From NCBI GenBank assembly GCA_028534125.1, contig CM052818.1:49540001-49604000 (forward strand): a stretch of 64,000 bases of DNA, written 5' to 3'. Below, piece after piece: positions 37,422-50,256 of this stretch. Below the pieces are notes generated by a model. That model saw nothing but the letters and a program-made list of their open reading frames with translations. It did no database searches and had not been told where the DNA came from. Position 1 is the stretch's first letter. Each line of letters begins with the position of its first letter. Both the position numbers and the translations under genes were made by a program. Source of the DNA: Lama glama (lineage: Eukaryota).

Positions 37422-38689
37422 GTGCCATGGCCACCATCTGGATGGAAAAGGAATGTAAGCGCAGGGAAGCAATTTGAACAGAAAGGATTACAAATAGGTG
37501 TCTTTAGTTTTTCATTTATATGTTGGTTGGTTTTTGTCCAAATCCCTACTCTGCCCTATAGAAGCTGTTTGAAACAACTTAAGAAAAACAAATGATTAGC
37601 AAAGAATCCTGGCTCACTGCACGCACGCTGACCGTGGTCATTTAGAGGGAAAGGCAGATGTACTAAAGTGCGTGTTTAGGATGCGTCACCGTTACCCACA
37701 TGGGGCAGACCTGACTTCCCCGGTAACTGATGAAGCCGCACACGTTACTCCTTAGATGACATGCATCAAGCTGGAAGGTCACACTGAAGGTACAAGTCAC
37801 AATCCATCAACGTAGTGACTATTTGCTACTTAATTTCTACTAGTGTAGCTTCAAAAATCCCCATGTGACATGAAGCTGCTGCCACACTGGCTCTTCAGTG
37901 ACAGTAGCTCTTGGTGGAAACATTAGTTCCATCTCTGTCTTGTCACTGCACGGCCTGCACCACTAGAAGAGAGCGTCCAGAATTTATAGAGAACATCCGC
38001 CACCACCACAGCCCTGTCCTCCGTGGGACACAGCCTGAGAGGAAACCTGGCAAAAACAGTCCCGGATCAAATGGGAGACTGCACCCAGAGGTCCTAGCTC
38101 GTGGAACCTAAACAATGAACAAATCATTGACATGTTAGAAGTCCTGAGAAGTCCCGCAACAAAGAAATTTTGATTAACTTGGGTCAAGCTTTTATTCAAA
38201 TGCTATGGCAGAGAAACTCTGATATAAGTTTGTCTCACCCTCCGTTTACTAAGCACGCCGCGCAGGGCCGCCTGCTTGCCCGCAGAGCTGACTGCTCAGC
38301 AGAAGCATTTTGGGACACAGCATGGGGCTGCCAGTAGGCCCAGTTCTTCCTAGTCTCCAAATACATCAGAACTGATAACTTATTTCTCCTCACGATGCTC
38401 TCGTGCCTCCAGACAAGTCTTCAAGCTCCACGGAATTATTATTTCCTGATTACTTTACCCAGCACAAAAAACTCAAGTGTACTCTAATGCAATATCATCA
38501 TACCAACTGCATCACTGAAGCCAACCACAGGTGCAATGGATTGTGAAAGCATGGCCTCTATATTCTCAAAGCTTTGCAATTCTGTCCAAGTTTCTGAAGC
38601 ACCTCCTGGTTCTTCCAGCGAATTGGCAGGATCTGTAGGGCATTCTGCTAGCCCACAGCTACGTTAGCAAGAACGTAATTCACTTTTGG

Positions 38690-38870
38690 ATAGAAAATTG
38701 TTGACATGCTTAATAAGCCCTCAGTTACCTGGAAACTTTGGGGGAAAGCACATTAGATGGAAGAATGAGAGGTAAAGATCTTGTTTGAATTAAAGGATGG
38801 GATAAATCCAATGAAATGAAATTTAATATAAATGTATGTAAGGTGCTGCAATTCAGCTCAGTTTTAATAA
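38690..38870 (+). mobile_element. CR1/L3 LINE fragment
   Basis: ATGAAATTTAATATAAATGTATGTAAGGTGCTGCA resembles the CR1 RT 'MKFN..KCKVLH' region. Confidence 0.5.
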
Positions 38871-39379
38871 AAAAAATTTTGATAAACACATATTAGGTAC
38901 TCCCTTTATGCTGAGCACTGAGCTGGGTGTTGGGGATTGCAAAATTTCTTTCTGTGCTCCAGAGGTTCACAATATTAAGAAGGAGAAAGAGACTAAGAGG
39001 TAATATAAATTCCTGGTAATTGTTATAAAACAGAGATAAGAATAAGGTCCACAGGAACTTAGAAGAGGGGTGCTGCACCCAGACTGGAAAGGGGTCATGA
39101 ATGGCATCCTAAAAGAGATTAAAATCTAAAGTCAGGGGTGAGTGAGATTAAGCCTTATAAAAGAAGTCCAGGCTGCTCATTAGAATTTTGATGCAGCGGC
39201 TCAAATAAAGGACAATAATGCTTAGGATGGGGGCAAAGGCCTGGCCTCTAGCTTAAGTATTGTCCCTGAAATCTTCTTGGAACGCTTAGCTGGGTGACAA
39301 TAATTATTTAGTCCTGTCAAAATGATCACAAATCATGCCCTCCTCCCCCCAAAAAAACTCATTTCACGTTTACTTTTCC

Positions 39380-41665
39380 AAATACACAGTGGGAAAATAG
39401 AGGGACAAGAGGAATAGAAAACAAAATACATTTTTAGGTAACTGCCAGATATTTTCCAATTTTCACCCAAACTATAAATCCACAGACAAAACAACTCAAT
39501 GAAACTAAAGATACAGACAAACTAAAGATGCAGGAAGAGAGCTGCACAAAGTCACCCCAAAGCCAGATTGCTTCTAGCAAGGGCTAAAGATGTCGTCCTG
39601 ACAGCAGGGGGCAGTGGAAACACATCACACGCTGAAGAGCAAAGGAAAGGAAGGCAGCAGGTTCTGCACTGGAAACGATGTAAGTCAGAGCACAGAGGGG
39701 TAACGTCTGTGAGTTACTGAAAGAAAAAGGCACCAACCTAGAATTTTATACTCAATAGGTCTGTTGTCTACAAATGATAATAAGACAAAGATTTTCCAGA
39801 AGACAAAACCTGAAGAATTAATACAAGGTAGGCAGGCACTGCAAGGAATAATAAAAGAGGCCTTTCTGGCAGATGAAAGGGTATTAAGTGAAAACCTAGA
39901 TCTATGCAAAGAAATTTTAAAAATTGGAAATTTTAGCTCTTTGTATATTTTAACAACAATTTAAATCATTTTCCTAATAATTTAAATCCCTTTAAAAATA
40001 ATTAACTAATGAAGGCAAGAATTTTTAAATATATATATTGTACAGTTTATGAAGAAGCAAAACATCACAGCGTCACAGAGGCCAGGAAGAGAGGAATGGA
40101 AGTACTCGCTCACACGGTTCTCAGACTACATGTGAAGTGGTTTGGTAACACTTGAAGGCAGATTGTGACAAATCAGAGGTGTACATTATAAACCCAAAGC
40201 AACCATTAAAATAAAAACAGAAAGAAAATGAAAACACAACTGGTCAACAACAAAAACAAAAACAACTGGAACAAGGAAGAAAATGCTCAACTGCTCAAAA
40301 GAACACAAAAAAGGTAAAAATGGTGCAAATGGAAAAGAAGTGGCAAGATGGGAGAATTAAACCAAACCGTCGACAATAACCACGTTGACTGTAAGAGGTC
40401 TAAACGCCCCAAATAAACAACAGTGATTGTGAGGCTGGATTAAAAATCAGGACTCAGCTTCATGCTGCCTGCAAGGAACTTGCTGGACAAACACTCACGC
40501 TCACAAAAGTAAAATTACAGAAGAAGCTACAGCACGGCGACAGGAGCACGCTGGGAGACACGGCTCCAACCCACAGTGTGACAGTCTTGGAAGTGGCCGG
40601 TCCCATGTCTGCAGTAAGGAAAAATGTGCTGATGACTGTGATATATGGATAAACGGAATGAATGACAGAGATGTCATAAGAAATGGGAGGGAAACAGCTG
40701 GAATATCCTAAGAAAAGGAAACCACACGACACACAGAGCAGCGCAGTGTTATCTGAAGGTGGGTGTACGTTAACTAAGTGTATTTTGGAATCTCTAGGGC
40801 AATCATTTAGAAATTTTCAAAGATATATAATGAATACAAGGAGAGAAGAGATTAAATGCAACACTATAAATTGATCAATTAATATCAGAAAAGGCAGAAA
40901 AAGAAGAGGGAACGTAAACAAAAGCAAAGGCAGTGATTAGAACACAGGACGTATGATAAACATGAGTCCAGCTCCACTGATACTCACTTCAGGCCTAAAG
41001 AGTCGGTCGGTTACAAGGAAAAGGAAGGAGAAAGATGCAACACGCTAACACCAGTCAAAGGCAATGCTGAGCGGCTATGTTAATTTTACCAAAAGTAGAC
41101 TTCAGAGGAAGGGAAAAAGTCTAAGGAATAAAAGGTGGCATTGAATAATGATTCAGGGAACAATTCTCCAATAAGACATAACAATCCCAAAGCAATGGGT
41201 TCAAAACAAGAAAGCATAAAAATATACAAGGCAAAAACTGATAGAACAAGGAAACTAGACAAGTCCACGTGTCTAGCGGGAGACCTCAGTACCCGCTTTC
41301 AGTAACCGATACACCAAAGCCCGCAGCAAATCAGTCAAGACAGAGCCGACCTGAACCACACGATGAATCACCTGGATCTAACCGACATGTGTAGGATCCT
41401 CTGTTCAGAACAGAACACACGTTCTTCTCAAGCTCAGTGTGGAACAGTTATCAAGACAGACCATATTGAGCCACAAAATACACATTAACAAATATAAAAG
41501 AATAGAAATCCGACAAAGTATGTTCAGAGATCACCCTGGAATTAAGGTAGGAATCAACAGCGGACAGACAGCTGGAAAATCCTCACATGTTTGGACATCA
41601 AGCAACACACTGCCAAGTAACACACAGGTCAAAAAAGAAGTCTCATGAGAAATTTTAAAACATTT
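39380..41665 (+). mobile_element. Old LINE-1 ORF1 / inter-ORF / ORF2 endonuclease region (probably more than one fragment)
   Basis: CAACCTAGAATTTTATACTCA (ORF1); GTAAGAGGTCTAAACGCCCCAAATAAAC...TGCTGCCTGCAAGGA and AAAGTAGACTTCAGA, GACCATATTGAGCCAC (EN domain). Confidence 0.85.
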
Positions 41666-44600
41666 TGAAGCGGCAGGTAGTGGACACAGAGGGAGGAGTC
41701 ACAGCCAGGAGCCGGGAGAGCGGTGACTGGCGCAGGTGTTTGATTTACAAATCACTGACGGCCTCAGCGACCCTCAGCCAGCGCGTCCTACCTGGACGGA
41801 AAGTGGAGTCAGACGGAAGCGCCTCATGTTCCCCGCGAGGGGCTGATAGATGGCACCACACAGGCGAGCTGGTCACTGTGGAGGGCGGACCCGAGCCCTC
41901 TGTGCCCAGGTCGGAGTCTCCCAGCACCAGGGGACTCGTGACCGCTCGCAGAAAACGCCCACACACCTGCCGCAGCAGAGAAGGCTGGACACTTGGAGGA
42001 GCCAGTCTGTCTGCATTCCGGCTTGTAAATTAGCAAAAAAAACCTTCATTTCTTATAAACCAGCATAAACACCTGCATTTCTGGTAAACCAGCAGAAACA
42101 CGTTTATTTCTGTGCCCGTCAGTACAGCTTCCAACCGTGGACAGATACCATTCAACCTGTTACAGTTACAGATACCATTCAACCTGCCTCTGCTTCTGTC
42201 CTAGACCTCGGTCCCTCGTCCTGTCCTCACCACCACCAGGACTGCACCTGCCACGTGGCTGACCCGAGCAAATGTCTGCGAAGGAAGAACAGCGTCTTAA
42301 TTTGCGCGCTCACATCCTACGGTCCTCTGGTCACCATTTGACTTATCCAGACCAAGATGGGCTGACCCTTCTCTTCTGCGTGTCTGACAAGGCCTAAACG
42401 TAACCCAGACATCGTTCAGGCAACCTCCGCGCTAGCTCACGTCGCCGCACTGGAACGGAAAGCCCTACCCCAGCCCTGTGCGCCATTCAGGATTCCCAGC
42501 AGTGGGGTTTTAGATTGGACAATGCAGAAACTTGAAAGGTGATATGTCTTTTAGGTCAAGAAGATGCTACGAGATTGAAGTCAGATAGAAAGGAAATGCA
42601 CAAACTGTTCCATAACGTTTTGCAATTTTTTCCTCATTTTTTCCTGTCTGTCTCTTTCCAATGGTTCTGAGACACATTAGGCTGCTCACTGGTCATGATG
42701 TGCTCACATAAGGAGCTCTTGTGTCTGTGGAGCTCAGCCTGGCTCCACCAGAAGCCTGTGTGCTGTGACTGCGCACGTAAGAGTGGTGTTTTGCTAAGGA
42801 GTACCAGCCACATCGCGTTAGTTTTATTTGGGGGTGGGAAAGGCATTTTCATCGGTGAATTGCAGTACATTTGTTTTCTTTGGTTAACTCAGAAAACAGA
42901 TTAACTGGTGGACTTAAGAAATGTTCATGGAAGTTCAAGGGATTAAACAAGAAATATCTGTAAGTACCTGCTCTGAAAAAAATAAGTAAAATAAAGTCAC
43001 GACATTGGTTACCTTTGATTTAACGTTTCTTTTTTGGGAAAGTTTGTTTTTCTTCAAAATGAGAATGGAATATATACAGTTTACACTAGACGTATCTTTC
43101 CAGGAAGCTTTTCTCCAACTACAGGCTTTCAGGGGTCACCGTCCAACCTCTTTCCACCCTCTGCTATTCTGCTATCACACCACCACTCCCGTGCCTTTAA
43201 GTCTTTGGGACATTTTTCCAGGCGAGGTAGTTCTCAAATGACTAAAATAATAAACAAACTGGAGAAGATGTGTACATTTCTCACTTGCTAGTTTATGTAC
43301 AACGGGTGCCTTGCAGTCAGTTCTGAGGCCCAACCAAGGACTCTGCCAACCAAGGCGGCAGGCGTACCGTGAGTCACTGTGTGCGCCACAGCGGGTACTT
43401 AGTCTATAAATAAGGCACCTGCTGCAGTCATTGCTGTCCGCCAGCACGGTATCAGAGTTTACCTGACGGTGTAGATAACGCTTTGGTTCCATAAATGTTG
43501 ATCTTCCTGTCTGTCTCTCTGCGTAGCATCATCTGTCTTCTGTCTGTCCATCCATCCACCCAACTATCCATCTGTCATCAAACTATCTCCTGCCTACCTA
43601 CCTATCTGTCCATCATCTGTCTATTTCATACGCACATACACTCGTACATCCGCCATTTGCACAGGGCAGTGTTGTAGGATATCAGACAAGGAGCACCCGG
43701 AAATGAAGCCTCCTCAGCAGTGGGCGCTCTCCTCACTTCTGGAATGTGAACACATCAAAGACAACAGCATATGTATCTTTTCATACCTCACGTTCAGCAC
43801 AGCACCTGGACATACTCACCCCGCACAGCGCCCCCGAGTCCCCCCCCCCAGGTCCCGCACCGATGCCTGCTCACCCCGAGGCTCGTCAGTCCTCTGCAGC
43901 CAGCAGGAGGGCATCTCAGTACAGGATGACATTGGCCAGAGTCATGCTGACACAATGTTGATAGGTAGACCCAGCTTGAAAGTATGGAGACAGTCTGAAA
44001 CTGCCACCCTGGGGACAGAAGGGACCCCTGCTCCTCAGGGGACTCAGGAGAGGGCACAGAGGTCCCAAGTCCTTCCCTGCGTCCGCCTCCCTCCGTCTCG
44101 TGACTTCTGCTCCTCAGGGCCCTGCTCCAGCGTCCCTCCGGGCTGTAGAGAACCACTGCGTATGGTTTCCTTTTTAACTTGGAGAGACTCAGAGACTCGG
44201 AGCCTGTAAGACGGGCCATTTCCCTGAAGGCTCTCACAGGACGACGAGAAAGACACACTCCGTCACAGGCGTTCCCAGCCCAGTCTCATGAACTCTGACC
44301 CTTCCTCTCGTTAGAGAACACAGGTACGCGCGAGGCTGAACAGGTCAATGAACAGCCGGAGAGACAAAAAGCATCGCTTGCCCACCTGCACAGGTAAGGA
44401 AAGCCACGAAGCACTCACATCTCATTTTAGGATTTTAAGTTACTTGTCTTGATTTTTCTTCTGTCACCCTTTCTCAGGCAAGCCTTCAGAGGGATGGGGA
44501 GAGGGGGAAAGAATAAAAATGCTGTCATTTTTTTAAATGGCTAAAATACACCTTGGTTTCTCCCTTTCTTCTGGAGGCAGAAATACGCAGGGAGACAGAC

Positions 44601-45529
44601 CCCGGGGGACAAGCGTTCAGGCTTTGGAGTCACGGAGACCTGGCTCAGTCCCCGCCGAGCAACCGAATTAGCAGTGCCGCCCTGGAGAAGAACGTCATCG
44701 CCCCAAGCTTCAGCTGCTTCCCCCAGAAAGAGGAAATAAGCTCCCCACTGTCCAGGGCCGTGGTGCCGGCGGGGCCCAGGCAGACACGCTCTGAATGGCA
44801 GGTCTGCAGCCATCACCCCATCGGGGGTGCGTGCAGTGCCGCGGGCTGTGGTTTACAGCCCGCAGGGATGATGTGCAAGCACCATCCCACACCCCCGGCT
44901 CCTGATCCCTAAAGCCAAGCCCTTTAAATGGCTGCAGTGAGAGCTTGCATATCTTCCCTCTTCCACACACACCCCAAAAGCCGCTCTTCTGAGACTCGTC
45001 CTGAGCCCAGACTTAGGGAGCCCTGCGAGAGACATGAGGAACCAGGGAGCCTGTGTGCACCGCCCCTGCACCCCCAGGGGAGGGACTGCCTGCAGCTCCG
45101 GGGGACAGGTGAGGACACAGACAAGCTCAGAGGACCCCGAGTGAGCACGCTCAGCTCCCAGCAGCTGCACCTGTCGTGTACTCCTGGGCCTCCCTGAGTT
45201 CACTTTTCTCTCTCTGCACAAGGGGATTGGTGGTTGTGCGTTGTTCATGCGCACTGAGAGGTTCTGAAAGCCCCGGCCTGGGCTTTGAAGCCACACCGCT
45301 GTGGTCTGGAGTCGTGGTCTGTTCCACCACTTGCCAGACTCTCACTGCAGGCAACTTGGGTGACATTTCAGAGGCTACACTCCCCTTCTCAATATTCCCC
45401 ACCTTACCTGATCGCTGTGAAAACAAAAGACAAAATACAGGAGAAAGCAGTAAGGAGGAGCAAGGGCTCATTCAGTGACGTCTTCGCTACTATCATGATG
45501 ATGATGATGACTAAAATCTCAAACAATTC

Positions 45530-45655
45530 TGAAAAAATTCTGCATATGTATGTGTAACTGAATCGCTTTGCTGCACGCCTGAAACTAACATTGTAAATCA
45601 ACTACACGTCAATAAAAAACAAAATATTTTAAAATGCTAAAAAAAACCAAAAACC
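45530..45655 (+). mobile_element. Short L1 3'-end fragment
   Basis: AACTGAATCGCTTTGCTGCACGCCTGAAACTAACATTGTAAATCAACTAC + A tail. Confidence 0.8.
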
Positions 45656-46004
45656 AAATTTGGAATTTTAAGAATTTACTTCTTTTTTGGCAAAAGGTAT
45701 TTGAGACAAATCAGAGACTTTAGCATTAGGGTACCACGTCTACTGTGAATTTACAGAAGGCTGCCTGGGCAATCAACCCACCACTTCTGTGAATGCTATT
45801 CCTAACTCTCCCTGAGCACAGAATGTAGAGCCTGCTGTCTCAAACTCACTAATGGGGTAGGAAAATAATAAGAAAAAGGAGAAATAAAAATTTAGAGGTA
45901 GGGAAACACCAACTCATGGTTATTAAAAATATCCTTTTTAAAATATACAGAGATTCCAAACAGTAAAAAAAAAAAAAAAAACAACAACAAGAAAAGCTCA
46001 GCTG

Positions 46005-46815
46005 AGACGTAAAGGAGGAAAAGCACGCGGAGCGGCCCCCGGCCCGGCAGGGGCGCACCGAGCGCAGGCGCCGCCGCCCCGAGGCCAGGCCCTCCGGCCC
46101 TCCGTGGCGTCTGCCGGCTGGGATTTGCCTCGCAACGTGCTGTCCTTCCTCTTCCACCGGCGCCTTCCCTTCCGGAGCTCGGTCCAGGCTGAGACGGACG
46201 CTAACCGCCCGGCGGTGCTTCAGGCAGGGAGCCGGCGAGTTACAGGCGGCGGGAAGGGGCGTCCCCAGCGCGCGTGGCGCGAGCATCCACGCGCGGCCGG
46301 CAGAGAACCCGCCTCCTCTCCGCGCCGCTCCTCGTGTCTACACCGCCGCCACGTGTCTGCACCCGCGCCACGCTGCACACGCCCGGAGGCGCCGGCCAGG
46401 CCCTCTGCAAGGAGGACACGAATGGCCCAGAGCAGGCAGGAGGGGGCCCGGCAGACTCGGTTCCCCTCCGAGGCGACCGCCTGCGGTACCCAGAGCAGGC
46501 CGGTTCGGACGCACCCTGGCTGGGAGCGGAACCGGCCGCCTGCAGGAGGAGGCTCACAACCCGTCCGGAGGTCTTCGGCGCCGATGCCGCACTGCACAGC
46601 TGGCTGGATGATCAAGCCTGCAGTTCCGACTCTGGGCCCAGACCTGGGGACGAGCAGACGCCAAGGAGAACAGCACGGAGTCCCAGCGGAGGGCGGACTC
46701 CGCGCCTGCTGGGCAGCTACCCTGCTCGGGCGCGTTCCCTCACGACGTGTATACGTTCCAAGTCTCCAGGAATCTCTCCCTCCCTCGTCACACGCTCGGC
46801 ACAGCAGGCCGCTGG
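46005..46815. promoter_or_regulatory. CpG island 4
   Basis: About 800 bp of dense CpG starting right after a poly-A tract (~45964-45995); E-box CACGTG ~46350. Confidence 0.72.
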
Positions 46816-49779
46816 TAAGGCTGCAGTTAAAAGGCCAGCATTTCGCATTCTGCAAGGAAAAATTTTAAACGCACGGTCCTTTCTAATTCTATTGACTGCA
46901 CTGTACACAACCCAGAACGAGGGTGAATTGATAAAATATGCAAATGAGGCAACAATTCATAGACTGCATTAAAATTTCCATTTAAGCTGTTAGTTAAGCT
47001 GTACACATTTGTAAATGTAAACATTAACCCTCAGGAAAAGTATTTTTTAAACTGCAGCATAATTGGAAACTCCGCAATAATATATAACAGAAGCGGGACC
47101 CTTACGCAGAAGGGGACCCGATCGCTATGAATTTTAAACCATTTCCCCAGAGCTGGTGCTTCTCTGAGCCGCTCCGGCCGCTCTGCTCTGGGTCCCTGGA
47201 AAGCCCTGCTTCCACCCTCTCCGCTGGCAGGCTGTGCCTTGGCCAGAAGCCCGCGCCCCAGGACAGGTGCCAAGCCTCACTGGCCTGGGCACCCCTCCCT
47301 GGGCCCATCTGGGGTCCTCCCTCACGTAGCAGGAGCTTGCTGAGGTCGGCTGCACTGCCTGAAATTCAGGTGTGGAATTAAACTGAATTGAACCGAATCG
47401 AACAGAAATAGTTCCCAGGCAGCGCTCTGAGGTCTGCGGATTTCCAGTGTAGAAGCCAAGTCAGTACAACCAAATTTCCTCTTCAGCCCACACGCAGACC
47501 AGGTGCCTCAGGCCGACCAAGGTGCAAGCAGGACTGAACAGATTAGAGGGTGTTTGGGGCTGGAATCGCCCGCAAACTCAGCACACAAGTCTGCCTGTCT
47601 GCACCGTCTTCCCACCCAGGAAGTGTCTAAGCCCCATTCCTGGGTGCAGGGCCGTGCACCTGGACCCGTGACCCCAGCCCCCCACCCGGCTCCTCTTACA
47701 CAAGGTGCTCTGTGCTAACAGGAGGCCAGATGACGGTGGACACACACTCTCCCCACAAGCCAGCAGTACCCGTCATTTCCACCCATGTCTCCAAAGACTT
47801 GTGTTAGAATTTATGTCAAGGAAAGGTGGGCTTTCGTGAAAAGCATAGTTCGGTGTTTTTTTAATCTGACAATGAAAAACACAAACCCATCGACTGTTTT
47901 TACCCAATTTTGCCACCACTGCTGGGAAGCTTAGCGCTACACGTAATACTCAAGCACAGGAGCCCTCTGCGCCCCGATGCACGGTGTCTTACCGCTGCTT
48001 CATTTAGCTCCTTATTTCTCCCTCTTTTTCATTTTTTTACTATATTCTCTACTGGCCTTCATTGGAAATAGCCTCAAGTCCTTCTTGCTAATAGATAAAT
48101 AATTAATAATCCAAACAGAACAAATATTTGGATTATATTAGAACTACTGAGCGGGAAAAGCTGTGCTACACATCCAAGTGTTGTGATAAATTCCATGGTT
48201 TCTGCAGATCATGTCAAAACACGTAAACTGGACAGATCTAACAAATTACACTGGGAAAACAGGATTACAGTGTAAGACTGAGGAAAGACAAATGGTTTGG
48301 CACAGGGTCTCAGTGATTTTCCCAAAGGCCAGTGCATTCACGATCTATAAATAGGAACCCCATTCCCACGCGACATCAATTCTCTAATCAGCTCATGAGA
48401 TGGGTCAATTAATAAGAGGGACAGAGGAGGGAGAAGAGGGGAAGAAAGTAGTCACTATGCGAGTGCACACTGTGTACCAAGTACTTGTGTGCACAGTGTC
48501 CACGGACAGTCACGCGATGGAGTGGGTTCCATTACTCTTCTTCTCAAGAGAAGACTCGTTTTACTGAAGCTCGGAAGTAAGTGACTTGACTAATGTCACA
48601 AAGTTGTGAGAAGCGGCAAACGTTCTGTCCATCTTCAAGTTTTTGCCTCCAAAAGATTCTGTGGTGCACATCTAATCTATCATACTTTCAAATGTTCTGG
48701 GTTCTCCACATCAGGATAATGTCTCACCCTTCCACTAACCCTGGGGAATAAAAAGAGGAATCTGCCCATTTGGGAAGTGAAGAAATTGGGTCAAGAGGTT
48801 TAAGTACGGAGGCAGGGTCCACCCCAGCAGTGCCCCGCAGAACCAGATTGTCGGCTCCCTGCCCTTGGGGGTGCAGCACCACCACTCAGCTCCTTGCACT
48901 GTCCTGCAGAGATGCAAGAACTTGTCCCCCACAGGCCCACCCCCGGGAAGGATGGGGTCCGGTGTGTCTGCCTGCAGGTTACGCCCCAAGAGTGTCTTTA
49001 TGTGATACTTTATGCTTCTCCCCGCCACTCTGGACTTAGTCAGATATTACATTTTAAAGGACTGAATAAGCCTTTAGGGATAAACCCAGACTTGGGTTCT
49101 GTCCCCAGATGCAATTCCAATGCCTCCAACCCGGGCACCAAGCTCCTAAGCCTCATGGAAACCCCCATCCTCCTGGTCATTTAAGAGAGAGAGTCAAGAA
49201 AACAAAAAAATTCCTGGGAAGAGGAGGCTAAGTGAATGTCTGATGGCCTCCAAGAAGCAATTAAAGGCTCAAGCAGAAAGTTCAAGTTGACGCTCAGCCT
49301 GCCTGTCCCGAGTCCCTAATCCCAGCGCTGCCTCCACCTCAGGACAGACTGACATATTTCCAGTGATGGTGGCGATGAATATTCAGCAGCATAAAGCCAC
49401 TGGCATTTCCTAAATCAATATTAATGGAAGCCCTCGGGCAATCAACACGCAGAGGGTAAACCTTCGTCCATGCGGCTTCCGCTGCAAATAGCTGCAGCCC
49501 CTCCCACCCGCTAATGAGCCCGGATGTTCACCAACTCCCTTCCTAGACAGGAGCTACGCCTTTAAAGCACATGAGTAGAAGTTCCTTCTTTCTGTGTATA
49601 TGAATTTGCAGAGATAACCAAGCTCAGCCTCCCTCGCCCAAAAACACCTGGCCCACCACTCACCTGAGACTCTGGTTAAATGCCAGTACACCGAGCAGGC
49701 CATCACGGTTGTGTCTTTTAATCTTTGCAAGTTTAACTGAGCTCCACCAGGTAGTTCTGATAAAATCATAATCGTCATA

Positions 49780-50010
49780 CTGTGAGTAGCTGAGTGGCTA
49801 AAAGCAAAGGCATCAGAGCCAGCAGGAGCTCAACCAGGTTTTGCTGTTCAGTTAGCTGAGTGATCTGTGCGAGCCCTTTGACCTCTCTCTGCACCCCAGT
49901 TTTCTCACCTGTAAGTTAGAGATGACTCAGAGTACCTCGTGGGGTGCAGTGAGGGTTAAATGAAATTGTGGAAATAAAAGACCTGACACAGTCCCTGCAC
50001 AGAGAAAAGA
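49780..50010 (+). mobile_element. MIR SINE
   Basis: MIR core ACCTCTCTCTGCACCCCAGTTTTCTCACCTGTAAGTTAGAGATG...GTGAGGGTTAAATGA. Confidence 0.75.
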
Positions 50011-50103
50011 TTCAATTAATGGTAACTAGCCTTGTGAATCCGTCTGGAATACATCGATTCAGGAAACTAAGTGGTGATCTTTTTCTCTTCAGTGTAAAGT
50101 AGA

Positions 50104-50256
50104 GGATGTGGTGTGGGCAATGTGGACAGTGTAGATGGCGGGAACCGTGGGGGTGGTGTGGATGCTGCAGATGCTGTGGATGGTGTAGACTGTGTGGACT
50201 GTGTGGATGGCGTCGATGGCAGGGACCGTGTGCGTGGTGTGCATGGTGTGGCTGGA
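50104..50256. repeat. Degenerate 9-bp tandem repeat (TGTGGATGG-like)
   Basis: tgtggatgc tgcagatgc tgtggatgg tgtagactg tgtggactg tgtggatgg seen directly. Confidence 0.8.

Noticed and set aside
46104..46972. 254/232/211-aa ORFs in island 4
   Set aside because: Same GC-content artefact; no homology recognised.
47383..47407. nnGAA pentamer run resembling a heat-shock element
   Set aside because: Units are direct repeats; HSEs need alternating inverted nGAAn.
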